From Nitrospirota bacterium (GTDB taxonomy: Bacteria > Nitrospirota > UBA9217), in assembly GCA_963740085.1 (NCBI GenBank), contig CAVUCU010000003.1, positions 107,680 through 171,679 on the forward strand: a stretch of DNA of 64,000 nt. The letters are read 5' to 3'. Under the pieces are notes generated by a model. The model worked only from the letters and a program-made list of their open reading frames with translations, had not been told where the DNA came from and did no database searches. The position numbers were made by a program, and so were the translations under genes. Of the stretch, positions 47,885 through 57,427 are shown in pieces. Position 1 is the first letter of the stretch; the number at the start of each line of letters is the position of its first letter.

Positions 47885-48891
47885 CTACCGGATTATTCTG
47901 ACCGCATCTGGTTTGACCGTCTGGAGGCCCTCAACATATATGAAGTCGAGGTAATTCGGAATGGTCCGGGCCGGGATCAGCCTGTTCTTTACCGCCCACC
48001 GCGACTGTTCCTCAAAGTTGAGAAGAAGGGCCTGGTCCAGTGTGACTCTAAGATTAAAGATATCCCATATCTCATCGAGGACAGGCTTGTCCGTTTTAAT
48101 GAAATTTGCAACAAGCCGACGCGCCTCATCAGGCTTCTGCTTCGCGAATGTCTCGGCCTTGATAAGGGCGCGCAGGACTTTATTTACAGCTTCGGGATGC
48201 TTTTGAATATATTCTCGACTTCCTGCGAGGCAAAAGGTCTCGGTGTAAAACTCTCCACCATAAAAGGTTATCCTTGTTTCCGAGATCCCTGCCAAGTTGT
48301 CTCAAGGTGGGGTTCCATGTCGAGACGCGTCCACCTCCGTGTCGAGGGCCTCAGACATCTCATCCGGCTTCATGTCGATAAATCTGACCTGATCTCTTGA
48401 CACCATGGACAAGAAGGAAGGAATCGGCAAAGAAATCCCCGTTGTGCGAACGTTACCCGATCTTTTTCCTTCAGATCAACGGGCTTCAAAATCCACCGGT
48501 CCTGCCTCGCAACAATGGCTTCATTCCTGCTGGCCCTCTGGATCACCGCGATCGTTGAGAGCATCTTCCGGCCATTATAGATAACAGAGAGGGGTATCTC
48601 CCACGGTCGCCAGGTCTGCCTTGCCCTCGATAACCGCATTGAGCGCTAATTTTCCGAAGAGATAGGACTGCGGCGTTGCAGCAGGCCTTCTTCTTTAAAA
48701 TACTCATTTGCAAAGGCGATATATACGAGGATGGCGTTCGATGCGGTCGAATAGGCAATGGTTATCTTTTCAGGCGGGCCAGACTGCCTTTGTGATGGTT
48801 TGCAGGCGCTGCTGAGGCAAAGGACCGTGACAACGGTCAAGATGGCGAGAGTCCTATAGAATAACTGTCTATTCCATCTGAATATTGACAT
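47885..48891 (-). pseudogene. ABC-transporter periplasmic substrate-binding protein (NMT1/THI5-like) broken by at least six frameshifts
   Basis: Pieces were read in different frames. They are a lipoprotein N-terminus LCLSSACKP...KITIAYSTASNAILVYIAFANEYFKEEGL, then GKLALNAVIEGKADLATVGDTPL, then VIYNGRKMLSTIAVIQRASRNEAIVARQDR. These are followed by GDFFADSFLLVHGVKRS, then VRFIDMKPDEMSEALDTEVDA, then ITFYGGEFYTETFCLAGSREYIQKHPEAVNKV... Confidence 0.7.
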
Positions 48892-48945
48892 TAGCCTCTC
48901 TCCTTTTGAATATTCGGACGTGTTGCGGGCTTCATTGTCCCTTTA

Positions 48946-49564
48946 TCAGTTTATCCAGTCCTCATAGGCCTTTTTCTCGCACGCGGGGCACAACCCATGC
49001 GAAAATTCAACCTCGGCATGCTCACTGATATAGCTCTCGATCTGGCTCCAGTATCCGTTGTCGCCCCTGATCTTCTTGCAGCTCGCGCAGATCGGGAGCA
49101 GTCGCGAATGCCTTTACCCGGGAAAGCGCTTCCCGGAGCTCCACGATGAGCCGTTCCCGTTCCTCTTCGGCTTTTTTGCGATCTTCCTTCTCTTTTACCT
49201 CAGCCAGGGCCCGTGTCACCGCCGGCGCAAGACGCGACAATTTGTCCTTCAAGACATAGTCCGTTGCACCGCTTTTCAGGGATCGATCGCCCGGTCTTCA
49301 CCACTGGCCTGAGACGAACAGGAAGGGGATATCCGGACATTTCTCTTTGCAGATAGCGAGGGCTGACAGACCATCGAAGGAAGGGAGTTTATAATCGGCG
49401 AGGACCAGATCGAATGCTCCGCGTTCGACGGCGGAGGTAAAATCATCACGGGTTTCGACTCGCACGATCTCGCAGACAACTCCCTCGTCGCCGAGCTTTT
49501 CCCGGATAAGCTCGGCGTCGTTATTGCTGTCTTCCAGATGAATGATCCGTATCAATGAGCTCAA
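48946..49564 (-). pseudogene. Response regulator with C-terminal LPICxxCKKIR Cys-rich domain, three frameshifts
   Basis: The REC domain is MSSLIRIIHLEDSNNDAELI...LVLADYKLPSFDG...FLFVSGQ. It continues as ASGEDRAID, then PLKSGATDYVLKDKLSRLAPAV...RVKA, each in a new frame. The last frame is LLPICASCKKIRGDNGYWSQIESYISEHAEVEFSHGLCPACEKKAYEDWIN. Confidence 0.7.
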
Positions 49565-49919
49565 GTAAGCTCCGCGAGTATAACGTCAGAAGCGTGTCAT
49601 CAGCCGGACGTCCTGTTGGAATACTGAAGAAACCAGCCTTGCTCGAATATTTTTTTTACACTGCGATTGTTTTGGTTCTTTGAGGGTTGATGAGGTGAGA
49701 ATGTTCACAACAGGTGTGCGTTACCGGCCAGGGGGGTGTATACTTTGTTACATGCCCGCATTCATATGACAATGTCCTTTATCCCAATCGATCACCGTTT
49801 TTACTTGAGAATAATTAAATATATCATAGGAGGCTGTTTTTATCAAGCCGCATCTTCATCCGTGTCTTCATCCGCCTGATCCGTCGCGAATAATCCGCCC
49901 GATCCTTCCGTAAGTCTCG

Positions 49920-50951
49920 TCATTTCGTGAACAGGAACTCCCCCACGTACAGGAGCAGCAGAATGAACCATCCGCCGAGGATGACGAACTCAATGGTCGC
50001 CCGGTAGGACACGCTGAAGTTCTCCGTGGCCATGGTGTAAACGTCCTCAAGGGTGTCGAGCTTTTCCTTGATCTCCGCCTTCCAGCTGTCCAGGTGGAAT
50101 TTCTTTGAGATAAGCGTGTAGAGTTTCGCGGAATACCAGTCCCCTATCAGCTTGATGTTCCGCTCCACGGCCTCTGATTCCAGAATGGACTGGGTCCGGA
50201 TCTCGATGATCTCCCTCACCACCCTCCTCACCTCTGCGGAACGGATGACCGGTAGCTTCTTGGGAGCTTGTACGAGGCGAAGGGTCTTTTCGAGTCGCTC
50301 ATCCAGATCGTAGTCAAGTATCCGCGATTTCAGGAGTTGAAGGTTCGCGATCTCGAACAGCTCGATATTGCTGTCAAAATCACCGGAAGAGTCGAAGATG
50401 AAGGCACCGTCCCAGTCCACGATCGTAATGTCGTCCTTGCCGTATTTCAGGTAGGCCGACAGCGTGGCATTCACCACTTCCTCGTCAAGCGCAATGCGTT
50501 CATTCTTGAGGAACGCAGCGATCGTGTCCCCATATTGGTCCAGATACGCCTCGGGATCGCCGCTGTAGGCCGAGATGCAGTACACGCTGTACTCTTCGTC
50601 GAACTTCGGGTCGCAGCCAAACTGTCCCAGGATCTTCCGGCATTCGTTGATGAGCCTTCGTTTGAGCTCCAGCGTGGTATCAGACAGAATACTGTCCATA
50701 TCGAGCGTCGCTTCGACAACGACCACATCGGGCAGATATGCCTTAACGATGAAATCGACCGTGAGTCCGCCGACCGGGCGTCTTTCCACTTTGATGATCT
50801 TCTGCCGGGGGATGACGTCAGGGTAGCTCGGGCCGCTCTTCATCGTCTTGCTCTCGACCACCTCAGAGGCCTCAAGGTTCATCGCGGTCTCACCAAAGAG
50901 GAAGACCACGAGTTCCCCGGGAACAGGTTGTATTTCTACTTTTGTTTCCAA
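49920..50951 (-). CDS. Hypothetical protein with single C-terminal TM; RMD1/DUF155-like pattern (unverified)
   Basis: 343 aa. The C-terminus is LIGDWYSAKLYTLISKKFHLDSWKAEIKEKLDTLEDVY...RATIEFVILGGWFILLLLY. It resembles the DUF155 terminal helix plus TM arrangement as I remember it. Confidence 0.4.
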   Translation of the reverse strand: METKVEIQPVPGELVVFLFGETAMNLEASEVVESKTMKSGPSYPDVIPRQKIIKVERRPVGGLTVDFIVKAYLPDVVVVEATLDMDSILSDTTLELKRRLINECRKILGQFGCDPKFDEEYSVYCISAYSGDPEAYLDQYGDTIAAFLKNERIALDEEVVNATLSAYLKYGKDDITIVDWDGAFIFDSSGDFDSNIELFEIANLQLLKSRILDYDLDERLEKTLRLVQAPKKLPVIRSAEVRRVVREIIEIRTQSILESEAVERNIKLIGDWYSAKLYTLISKKFHLDSWKAEIKEKLDTLEDVYTMATENFSVSYRATIEFVILGGWFILLLLYVGEFLFTK

Positions 50952-51033
50952 TGGATTCTCCCAAAGTAACTTTAACTGATCGACCTTCTTATCAACCCAG
51001 ACTCTTTCCCTGCCTTCTCGCCAGCCTACCTTC

Positions 51034-51564
51034 TCATCTTCTCAATTTCCTATCCCCGTCGCCATCCTCCGGCACTTCGGGCGAATAATCAAATTGTTTC
51101 GACATGAATGCCTGATATCCGAACACGGTCAGCGAAACAAGACCCCATGCCAGTCCCACGACCACGCTGCCATCAATGATCCCCCGCCAGGGCTGGGACA
51201 GAAGCCGTACCAGTATAATGAGGACGATGATCCCCGCGGTGACCGAGATGGACACGATCTGCCGTCTTTTCTTCGCATGAAAATACGCCATGCAGAAAAG
51301 TGGAGCGAATATGACATGAAGCGCGACAGGATGGTCCCGGAGATACCGCGCACGCGCGGCCACCCGGGGAGAAAACCCCTGCTGGAACGCCCGGTACCCC
51401 TCGGCATAAGCCATGAAAAATAACATGAGCGCAAAGGACAGCCAATGATACCAGGACCAGTCATATGAAAAAGCACTGATCGCCAGCGGAGTCAGCCGGG
51501 CTATTGCGCTGCCGAGCAGCAGTGCGACCCCCGCAAGCCCCCAAAATGCCCCGAAAACACCCAT
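51034..51564 (-). CDS. Hypothetical integral membrane protein (about 5 TM)
   Basis: 176 aa and strongly hydrophobic (GVFGAFWGLAGVALLLGSAI..., IVLIILVRLL, VVVGLAWGLVSLTVFGY). No family was recognised. Confidence 0.5.
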   Translation of the reverse strand: MGVFGAFWGLAGVALLLGSAIARLTPLAISAFSYDWSWYHWLSFALMLFFMAYAEGYRAFQQGFSPRVAARARYLRDHPVALHVIFAPLFCMAYFHAKKRRQIVSISVTAGIIVLIILVRLLSQPWRGIIDGSVVVGLAWGLVSLTVFGYQAFMSKQFDYSPEVPEDGDGDRKLRR

Positions 51565-51701
51565 CAGACCATCCCTTCCCGGATATTAACTCTAATCCAA
51601 ACAACAAGAATATTTTGCCAAATAAGACACAGAGAAGAGCTTGAAAGTAGTTTTAACCTGACTAGATACGAAATCTCTACCAAAATGCCTCCGAGGAACC
51701 C

Positions 51702-52508
51702 TCATGGTCCGAAGATATTCTGATCGAGGAACCGGTCCCACAGTTTTTTCCACGTGGACCAGTCATGCCCGCCGTCGATGGCGATGACCTGGTCCGGCGG
51801 CAGCAGCGATGCAAGGAGATCCTGGGCATAGGCGAAACGGTCGTTCGTGCCGTATCCCAGATATATCTTCGGAACGCACCCCTGCCTCTTCAGGCAATCC
51901 TTCTCCCCTGCCCTGAGTTGTCCCTGCTGGCTGCGCTCTTTCAGCCAGATCCAGATATGTTTTTCAGCATCTTCCCTGGTCTTCAAGGGGACCTCGCCAG
52001 GCTCCCATCTCAGCAGACCGCCGGAACTCCTGATCTCCTCAATGAGCTTCCGTTCTCCCAGGAACGGGCCTAACAGAACAACGCCTGATATATCGTCCGG
52101 GTGCTGCCATATATAGGATAATGAGCCAAAACCTCCCAGCGAATTTCCGATCAACCATATGTGCTCATACCCTTTGGCCCTGGCGGGCCCGATCACATCC
52201 TCCCTGAGCCGCGTCACGATCGTTGCGTTCATATAATAGCCGATATGGGCATCCACCGATATCATGTCAACGGGAAGTCCGTGCCTTCGAACAGACTCGA
52301 CAAAACCCTCTTTATCAAAAACCGAGTTCCGGTCGCCGTTGCCGTGCAGAAACACAAAAAGCAGGCGCGGTCCTTTGACATCTCCGGCGCTATAACTGAT
52401 CGTATCGATGGGGACCTTTGTCGCCGGATAGCAGCCGTAGATCAGCGTTGCCAGCAGCAGCGCAGTGAACATGTGATGGATAATGTGCGATCGGGAAGTA
52501 TTCTTCAC
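51702..52508 (-). CDS. Alpha/beta-hydrolase (esterase-type) lipoprotein
   Basis: The nucleophile elbow is IGNSLGGFG, with HG in LFVFLHGNGD and a lipobox-like LLATLIYGC. I set the start at GTG 52508 behind aggagg; the track start is 52580. Confidence 0.6.
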   Translation of the reverse strand: MKNTSRSHIIHHMFTALLLATLIYGCYPATKVPIDTISYSAGDVKGPRLLFVFLHGNGDRNSVFDKEGFVESVRRHGLPVDMISVDAHIGYYMNATIVTRLREDVIGPARAKGYEHIWLIGNSLGGFGSLSYIWQHPDDISGVVLLGPFLGERKLIEEIRSSGGLLRWEPGEVPLKTREDAEKHIWIWLKERSQQGQLRAGEKDCLKRQGCVPKIYLGYGTNDRFAYAQDLLASLLPPDQVIAIDGGHDWSTWKKLWDRFLDQNIFGP

Positions 52509-52705
52509 TGTCGCCTCCTGTTGAAACGGGTCGCATCGATCATCTGCCGTGACCCCTCCCATGTCCCTCGCTGAATCCACGCCCGGCTTGTTCTTCTCTT
52601 TTTTTGTTGCCGCGTTTTCCGTGTTTCCTCAAGACCATCACAAGTGCATCATAATTGTATCACAGGGAGCAGGGTTTTTCTGAAAATGGCAGGGTTATGC
52701 AGTTT

Positions 52706-53242
52706 CTACGTTTTTTTTGTGCGCGACGACGAGCCGTCTCCGAGCGCCTTGAGAATTCCCTGAAGCAGTGCCGTGGGCGTCGGAGGACAGCCGGGGATGC
52801 AGGCGTCCACGGGGATGACCTTGTCTATGCTTCCCAAAGACGCGTAACTCTCGCCGAATATTCCGCCGGTGCATCCGCAGTCGCCGACGGCAACCACGAT
52901 CTTCGGCGTCGGCGTGGCGTCGTACGTTCTCCTGAGGGCGATCTCCATGTTGATCGAGACCGGCCCGGTGACCAGGAGCATGTCCGCGAATCGCGGCGAG
53001 GCGGTAAAATGAATGCCGAAGCGCTCGCAATCGTAGATGGGATTGTTGATGGCATGGATCTCGAGTTCGCACCCGTTGCATGATCCGGCATCCACCTGGC
53101 GGATCGCCAGACTTCCCCGGAAGCGCTGTTTGACGACCTCCTCGAGCTGAACACCGATCTTTTCGATCTCCGGATCGGTGATGGGAGGGACCGGCTCGGT
53201 GACGATGCCGGTGCGGAATACCTGTTTAAGGATACGGATCAT
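52706..53242 (-). CDS. NuoB/HycG-like small subunit (Fe-S) of an Ehr/group-4-hydrogenase-like complex, copy 2
   Basis: The start is set at MIRILKQVF. GSCNGCELE, VAVGDCGCTGG and IPGCPPTP retain the cluster-binding Cys pattern of HycG/NuoB. Confidence 0.8.
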   Translation of the reverse strand: MIRILKQVFRTGIVTEPVPPITDPEIEKIGVQLEEVVKQRFRGSLAIRQVDAGSCNGCELEIHAINNPIYDCERFGIHFTASPRFADMLLVTGPVSINMEIALRRTYDATPTPKIVVAVGDCGCTGGIFGESYASLGSIDKVIPVDACIPGCPPTPTALLQGILKALGDGSSSRTKKT

Positions 53243-53268
53243 GGTGCTCCAAACAGAATAAAATTTAA

Positions 53269-53450
53269 CCACAGAGACACGGAGACACTGAGAAAAGATA
53301 ACTATTTATTGACGAGAGATTCTTCAGTCGCTCACGCTCCTTCAGAATCACAAAATGACGGATTCAATAATCTTTTTTCTCCCTTTCCCCCTCTTCTCCC
53401 TTTCTCCTTTATTATTTTAATATTTTCTCTGAGTCTCTGCGTCTCCGCGG
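53269..53450. repeat. Intergenic imperfect hairpin (R11) inside the Ehr-like operon
   Basis: The arms ccacagagacacggagacactgagaaaag (53269-53297) and ttttctctgagtctctgcgtctccgcgg (53423-53450) are 22/28 complementary. The loop is about 125 nt and contains a ctgaag/gagcg word element and a T/C-rich tract. Confidence 0.6.
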
Positions 53451-53461
53451 TAAAGGCGACC

Positions 53462-55033
53462 TTACAGATCATTTCCCGAATACGACTGATTAAAGCTCTT
53501 GTTGCATACCGGGAAATCGGGGACGATGTTCCCGTGGATGCACTGCTCCAGTCCGAGCCAGTTCAGGCTCGAGGGGTCCCTGACCATGCAGCGATTGATC
53601 TCCCCCTTCGGCCCCGACTGGACCCAGTAAATGATCTCCCCCCGCCATCCCTCGACTGCGGCGAATCCGGACCTGTCCGGGGCCGGTGCGTTGACGGGAA
53701 CGCTGACCTTTCCGGTCGGCAGGGTCTTCAGGAGCTCGCGGATGATGCGGACCGAATCACGGACCTCTTCCACCCTGACCCATGCCCGCGAATGGACATC
53801 ACCTGAAACGAGCACCGGTATGGTCACCCTGATGCGGTCATAGGGAGAAAAGGGATTATGGATACGGCAGTCGAGGTTCAAACCGCTGGCCCGCGCCACA
53901 AAACCCGTCATGCCAAGGTCCCGCGCCTTTTCGGACGAGAGAATGCCGGTGTCCCTCACCCGGTCTTCGACCGAAGAGTTCTCATCGTAGATGATCACGA
54001 GCCGCTCGAATTCCTTTGCAAGCCAGTCCATTTCCGAAAGGATCGTCGCAACACCTCCTGCATCGATATCGACGTCTACCCCTCCGGGAACGATCTTATC
54101 CATCATGAACCGGTGTCCGAAAAGAGTCAGGTTCGTGCGAAGCAGGATCTCTTTGAGCCGATGAAATTGATACAGGAGGAACGCAAAGGCCACGTCATTG
54201 CATATGGCGCCAAGATCGCCAATATGGTTGGCGATGCGTTCGCGTTCGAGAAACAACGCGCGAAGCCACAGCGCACGGTCCGGAGGGATACAGTCCGTCA
54301 TGGCCTCCACTGCGCGGGAATAGGTCAGGCAGTGCGCCGCGGTCGTATCTCCGGAAACCCGGCCGGCCAGGCGAAATGCCTCTTGCCATGTCAGGGACTC
54401 GAACCGCTTTTCTATCCCTTTGTGCACGTAACCGAGTCTTGCTTCAAGGTTGAGGATATCCTCACCCATGGCCTGAAAACGGAAATGGCCGGGCTCGATG
54501 ATCCCCGCGTGCACCGGGCCCACCGGTATCTCATAGACGCCCTCTCCTTCTGCGCGTATCCAGCGGTATTCGCCGTAAACCCGCGCCAGCCGCTGCGAAG
54601 CGTCAAAGGACTTTCTGAGCGGCCAGGCGTCCTCAGGCCAGTCCTCGTGCTTTATCCAGGGACGTGGGTCCGGGTGCCCGATGGGGATCACACCCATGAG
54701 ACTCCTCATCTGGCGCTCGAACCGGTACGCAGGAACGAACTTTTTCGTCAGGCTCGGGAATGTCGGGTCGTCAGCAGGCGCACTGGTTTTTATGACAAGG
54801 TATTCCGACTCCTTCCGATAGCAGGCGTATATCCCGAACCCCCTGTTGAACAGGGTCTCGTCCGATGCCCACTCGGCCGCGAGCAGGGCGTAGTCTTTCT
54901 TGAGCGCCTTTGCCGCTACGGCGAACTTTTCCCGGGGAACCATGAGAGATGTCACTGATGCGGGATGCAGAGATCCATCCTGCGTCGCGTCGGTTCCGAG
55001 GGCCGCTATGACTAACTCCTGCAATCTGCTCAT
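53462..55033 (-). CDS. NuoC-NuoD/HycE-like large subunit lacking all NiFe-ligand cysteines (Ehr-type), copy 2
   Basis: It starts at ATG 55033 (MSRLQELVIAALG), a 4-nt ATGA overlap with the upstream stop. The NuoC-like part has FPSLTKKFVPAYRFERQM, and EIPVGPVHAGIIEPGHFRF follows. At the L1 position it has GRVSGDTTAAH instead of RxCGxCxxxH, and the C-terminus is NQSYSGNDL instead of DPCxxCxxR. Confidence 0.8.
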   Translation of the reverse strand: MSRLQELVIAALGTDATQDGSLHPASVTSLMVPREKFAVAAKALKKDYALLAAEWASDETLFNRGFGIYACYRKESEYLVIKTSAPADDPTFPSLTKKFVPAYRFERQMRSLMGVIPIGHPDPRPWIKHEDWPEDAWPLRKSFDASQRLARVYGEYRWIRAEGEGVYEIPVGPVHAGIIEPGHFRFQAMGEDILNLEARLGYVHKGIEKRFESLTWQEAFRLAGRVSGDTTAAHCLTYSRAVEAMTDCIPPDRALWLRALFLERERIANHIGDLGAICNDVAFAFLLYQFHRLKEILLRTNLTLFGHRFMMDKIVPGGVDVDIDAGGVATILSEMDWLAKEFERLVIIYDENSSVEDRVRDTGILSSEKARDLGMTGFVARASGLNLDCRIHNPFSPYDRIRVTIPVLVSGDVHSRAWVRVEEVRDSVRIIRELLKTLPTGKVSVPVNAPAPDRSGFAAVEGWRGEIIYWVQSGPKGEINRCMVRDPSSLNWLGLEQCIHGNIVPDFPVCNKSFNQSYSGNDL

Positions 55034-56479
55034 TTCAACAACCCCACTGCCGTAGTGAACCAGCCGGCAAGAAATTTCGGTATGTACAGGCCGAGAACAA
55101 GGACCACCAGCATGTGCAGGATCACCGGGATATGCGCCGCCTTGATCATATGCTGATAGGCGGGCATCTCTCCCGCGACCATGGGCTGGACCTTTCGGAA
55201 AAGGGCCGCAAAGGACACCCCAAGCCCCAGAAGGAGGAACGGGCGCAAACAACGGCGCATCCTTGATCGTTGCCGTAAGGATCAGGAACTCGCTCGTAAA
55301 CACCCCGAAGGGCGGCATGCCGACTATTGCCATCACCCCGATCGCCATCCCCCACCCCACGAGAGGATTGCCCCTGATGAGGCCTTTGATCGAGTCCATG
55401 TCCTGCGTTCTGTGCATTTGAGACGCATGTCCCACCGTGAAGAAGATGGAAGACTTTGTCAGACTGTGGACCAGCATGTGAAGCAAGGCCCCGAAGGTCG
55501 CTACCGGCCCGCCCAGACCGAAGGCGAACGTGGCGATGCCCATATGCTCAATGGAAGAATAGGCAAACAACCGCTTGATGTCCTTTTGACGAAGAAGGGA
55601 AAAAGATGCAACGATGATCGAGAGGATGCCGAAGCCCATCATGATGTCCCCTGAATGGTGGGTGCCCGTGGACCCGTCCACGAGGACCTTGCACCGGACC
55701 AGCGCGTACAGCGCGATATTCAGCAGGAGCCCCGAGAGCACCGCCGAGATGGGTGTGGGCCCTTCGCTGTGGGCATCGGGAAGCCAGTTATGGATCGGCA
55801 CAAGCCCCACCTTGGTGCCGTACCCGACCATCAGGAACACAAAGGCCAGGGACAAAATCGTCGGCTCGAGCTGATCGCTCACCTTGCTCAGGTTCGTCCA
55901 GTGGAGGGCCGCGCCGCCGGCGCCGAGCACCTTTTCCGCGGCAAAGTACAAGAGCACGGTCCCGAACAGTGCAAGGGCGATTCCCACGCCGCAGAGGATA
56001 AAATATTTCCAGGCAGCCTCGATTGCCGCGGGTGTACGGTAGAGAGACACGAGCAGGACCGTGGAGAGCGTGGCCAGTTCCATGGCGATCCAGAGGATGC
56101 CGACGTTGTTCGTCAGGAGGCACAGCAGCATGGCAAAGATAAAGAGCTGGAACATGGCGTGATAGAAGCGAATCCGCTTGGAACCGATCGTGCCGTGTTC
56201 CCGTTCGCGGCGCATGTACCTTCTGCTGAAAATAGCGGTGGTCATGGAGACGAACGCGGTGAGCACGGTGAGGTAGACACTGAAGGCGTCAACGAAGAAG
56301 AAGTTGTCGCCGGCCAGTATCGGCCCCTGCTCGTAGACCTCGAGCGCCAGTACGAGGCTCGTCACGAACGTGGCGGCAGAGCCGAGGATGTTTATCTCGG
56401 GCGCGAACTTCCGGTCGCCGATAAAGGCGAGCGCCAGGGCCGCGAACAGCGGAACGACCAAGAGGATGAGAAGGGTCAT
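55030..56479 (-). CDS. NuoM/N- (HyfD/F-, MrpD-) like antiporter subunit, one frameshift near its C-terminus
   Basis: The N-terminal ~410 aa are in the frame of ORF 53462..56479 (…WLPDAHSEGPTPISAVLSG…). The last 76 aa are in ORF 55030..55260 (LLLGLGVSFAALFRKV...TAVGLLK). The junction is at the GGG run 55241-55243. Confidence 0.75.
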
Positions 56480-56505
56480 TTACACCTCAATATGGGTCAA
56501 TAAAG

Positions 56506-56594
56506 TCTATAGAGTTGATAGAGTTTGTAGAGTCTGTCGAGCCATAAATAATTTTAACTCGATGAACTCCCTGCACTCTACGAACTCTATAATC
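56506..56594. repeat. Intergenic imperfect hairpin of tagagtt words (R12)
   Basis: tctatagagttgatagagtttgtagagtctgtcgag (56506-56541) faces ctcgatgaactccctgcactctacgaactctataat (56558-56594). Confidence 0.55.
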
Positions 56595-56598
56595 TCTT

Positions 56599-57276
56599 TC
56601 AATCTTCTTCCTTCAACCTCGCCATCTGGTCCACATCCAGGCTGTCAAAGGTGGTGCTGATGTGAAAAAAGAACATCCCGAAGATGAACGCCGCGATCAA
56701 CAGGTCCAGGGCCACTCCCAGCTCGACCACCAGGGGCATGCCGTAGGTTGCGCTCGTTGCGGCGAACAGGAGCCCGTTCTCCATGGCAAGGAACCCGATG
56801 ATCTGGGTGACCGCGTGCTTGCGCGTGATCATCATCAGGAACCCGAGCATGACCGTGGCGAGGGCCACCGCGAGCGTGGACCGGGTCACGAGGGTCGAAA
56901 GTTCCCTGATGGGGGCCGTAAGATGGTACGAAAATATCACGAGGATGATCCCCATCAGCATCGTGGTAGGGATGTTCACAATTGTCTCCACTTCCTTATG
57001 TATCTTGAGCTTCACGATCAACCTATGTAAAATATAAGGCAGCAGTACTACCTTCATGGAAAGCGTCAGCACTGACGAGATGTACAGGTCATGCACTCCT
57101 CCCACATACCCCACCGTGGCGGTGCTCACGGCAAGCAGAAAACCCTGAAGCGCAAACAAGTGCAAAAGGGCGTTCATCCTGCGCTGTACCAGGAGGCCGA
57201 AGGCCGTCAGGAGGATCAGGGCCGCCAGAAGACTGTTGATCTGCGCTGCAAGCTGCATGTTCATATCGTTCCTCAC
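56599..57276 (-). CDS. HyfE-like (NuoK-related) membrane subunit
   Basis: 225 aa with about 7 TM. FLAMENGLLFAA is the conserved HyfE/NuoK-like glutamate helix. The start may be at 57264 or 57258. Confidence 0.7.
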   Translation of the reverse strand: MRNDMNMQLAAQINSLLAALILLTAFGLLVQRRMNALLHLFALQGFLLAVSTATVGYVGGVHDLYISSVLTLSMKVVLLPYILHRLIVKLKIHKEVETIVNIPTTMLMGIILVIFSYHLTAPIRELSTLVTRSTLAVALATVMLGFLMMITRKHAVTQIIGFLAMENGLLFAATSATYGMPLVVELGVALDLLIAAFIFGMFFFHISTTFDSLDVDQMARLKEED

Positions 57277-57294
57277 ACAGACAAATGCTCTTTA

Positions 57295-57369
57295 CCGCCA
57301 AGGCGCAAAGGACGCAAAGGAAACCTTGAAATTTGACCTCAACCCTTCGCGCTCTTCGCGCCTTCGCGG
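57295..57369. repeat. Intergenic imperfect hairpin (R13), same word family as R1
   Basis: ccgccaaggcgcaaaggacgcaaagg (57295-57320) faces cccttcgcgctcttcgcgccttcgcgg (57343-57369), 21/26 complementary. Confidence 0.6.
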
Positions 57370-57427
57370 TTCAAAGCCTTTGATTTGGCTTTCTTCATGT
57401 CTCCGCGACTCCGTGGAAAAAAACAAA

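Noticed and set aside
49565-49919. A structured ncRNA (RNase P, tmRNA, SRP, 6S) in the long gene-free region. The same scan covered 26959-27328 and 38927-39343.
   Set aside because: None of the conserved core sequences I know for these RNAs is present. I cannot evaluate covariance models by eye.
53462-56479. A genuine antiporter-hydrogenase large-subunit fusion protein of 1005 aa.
   Set aside because: The linker is nonsense-like read-through. The proper C-terminus and an ATGA-coupled start exist in another frame, and the intact paralogous pair at 62780/62783 shows the unfused arrangement.
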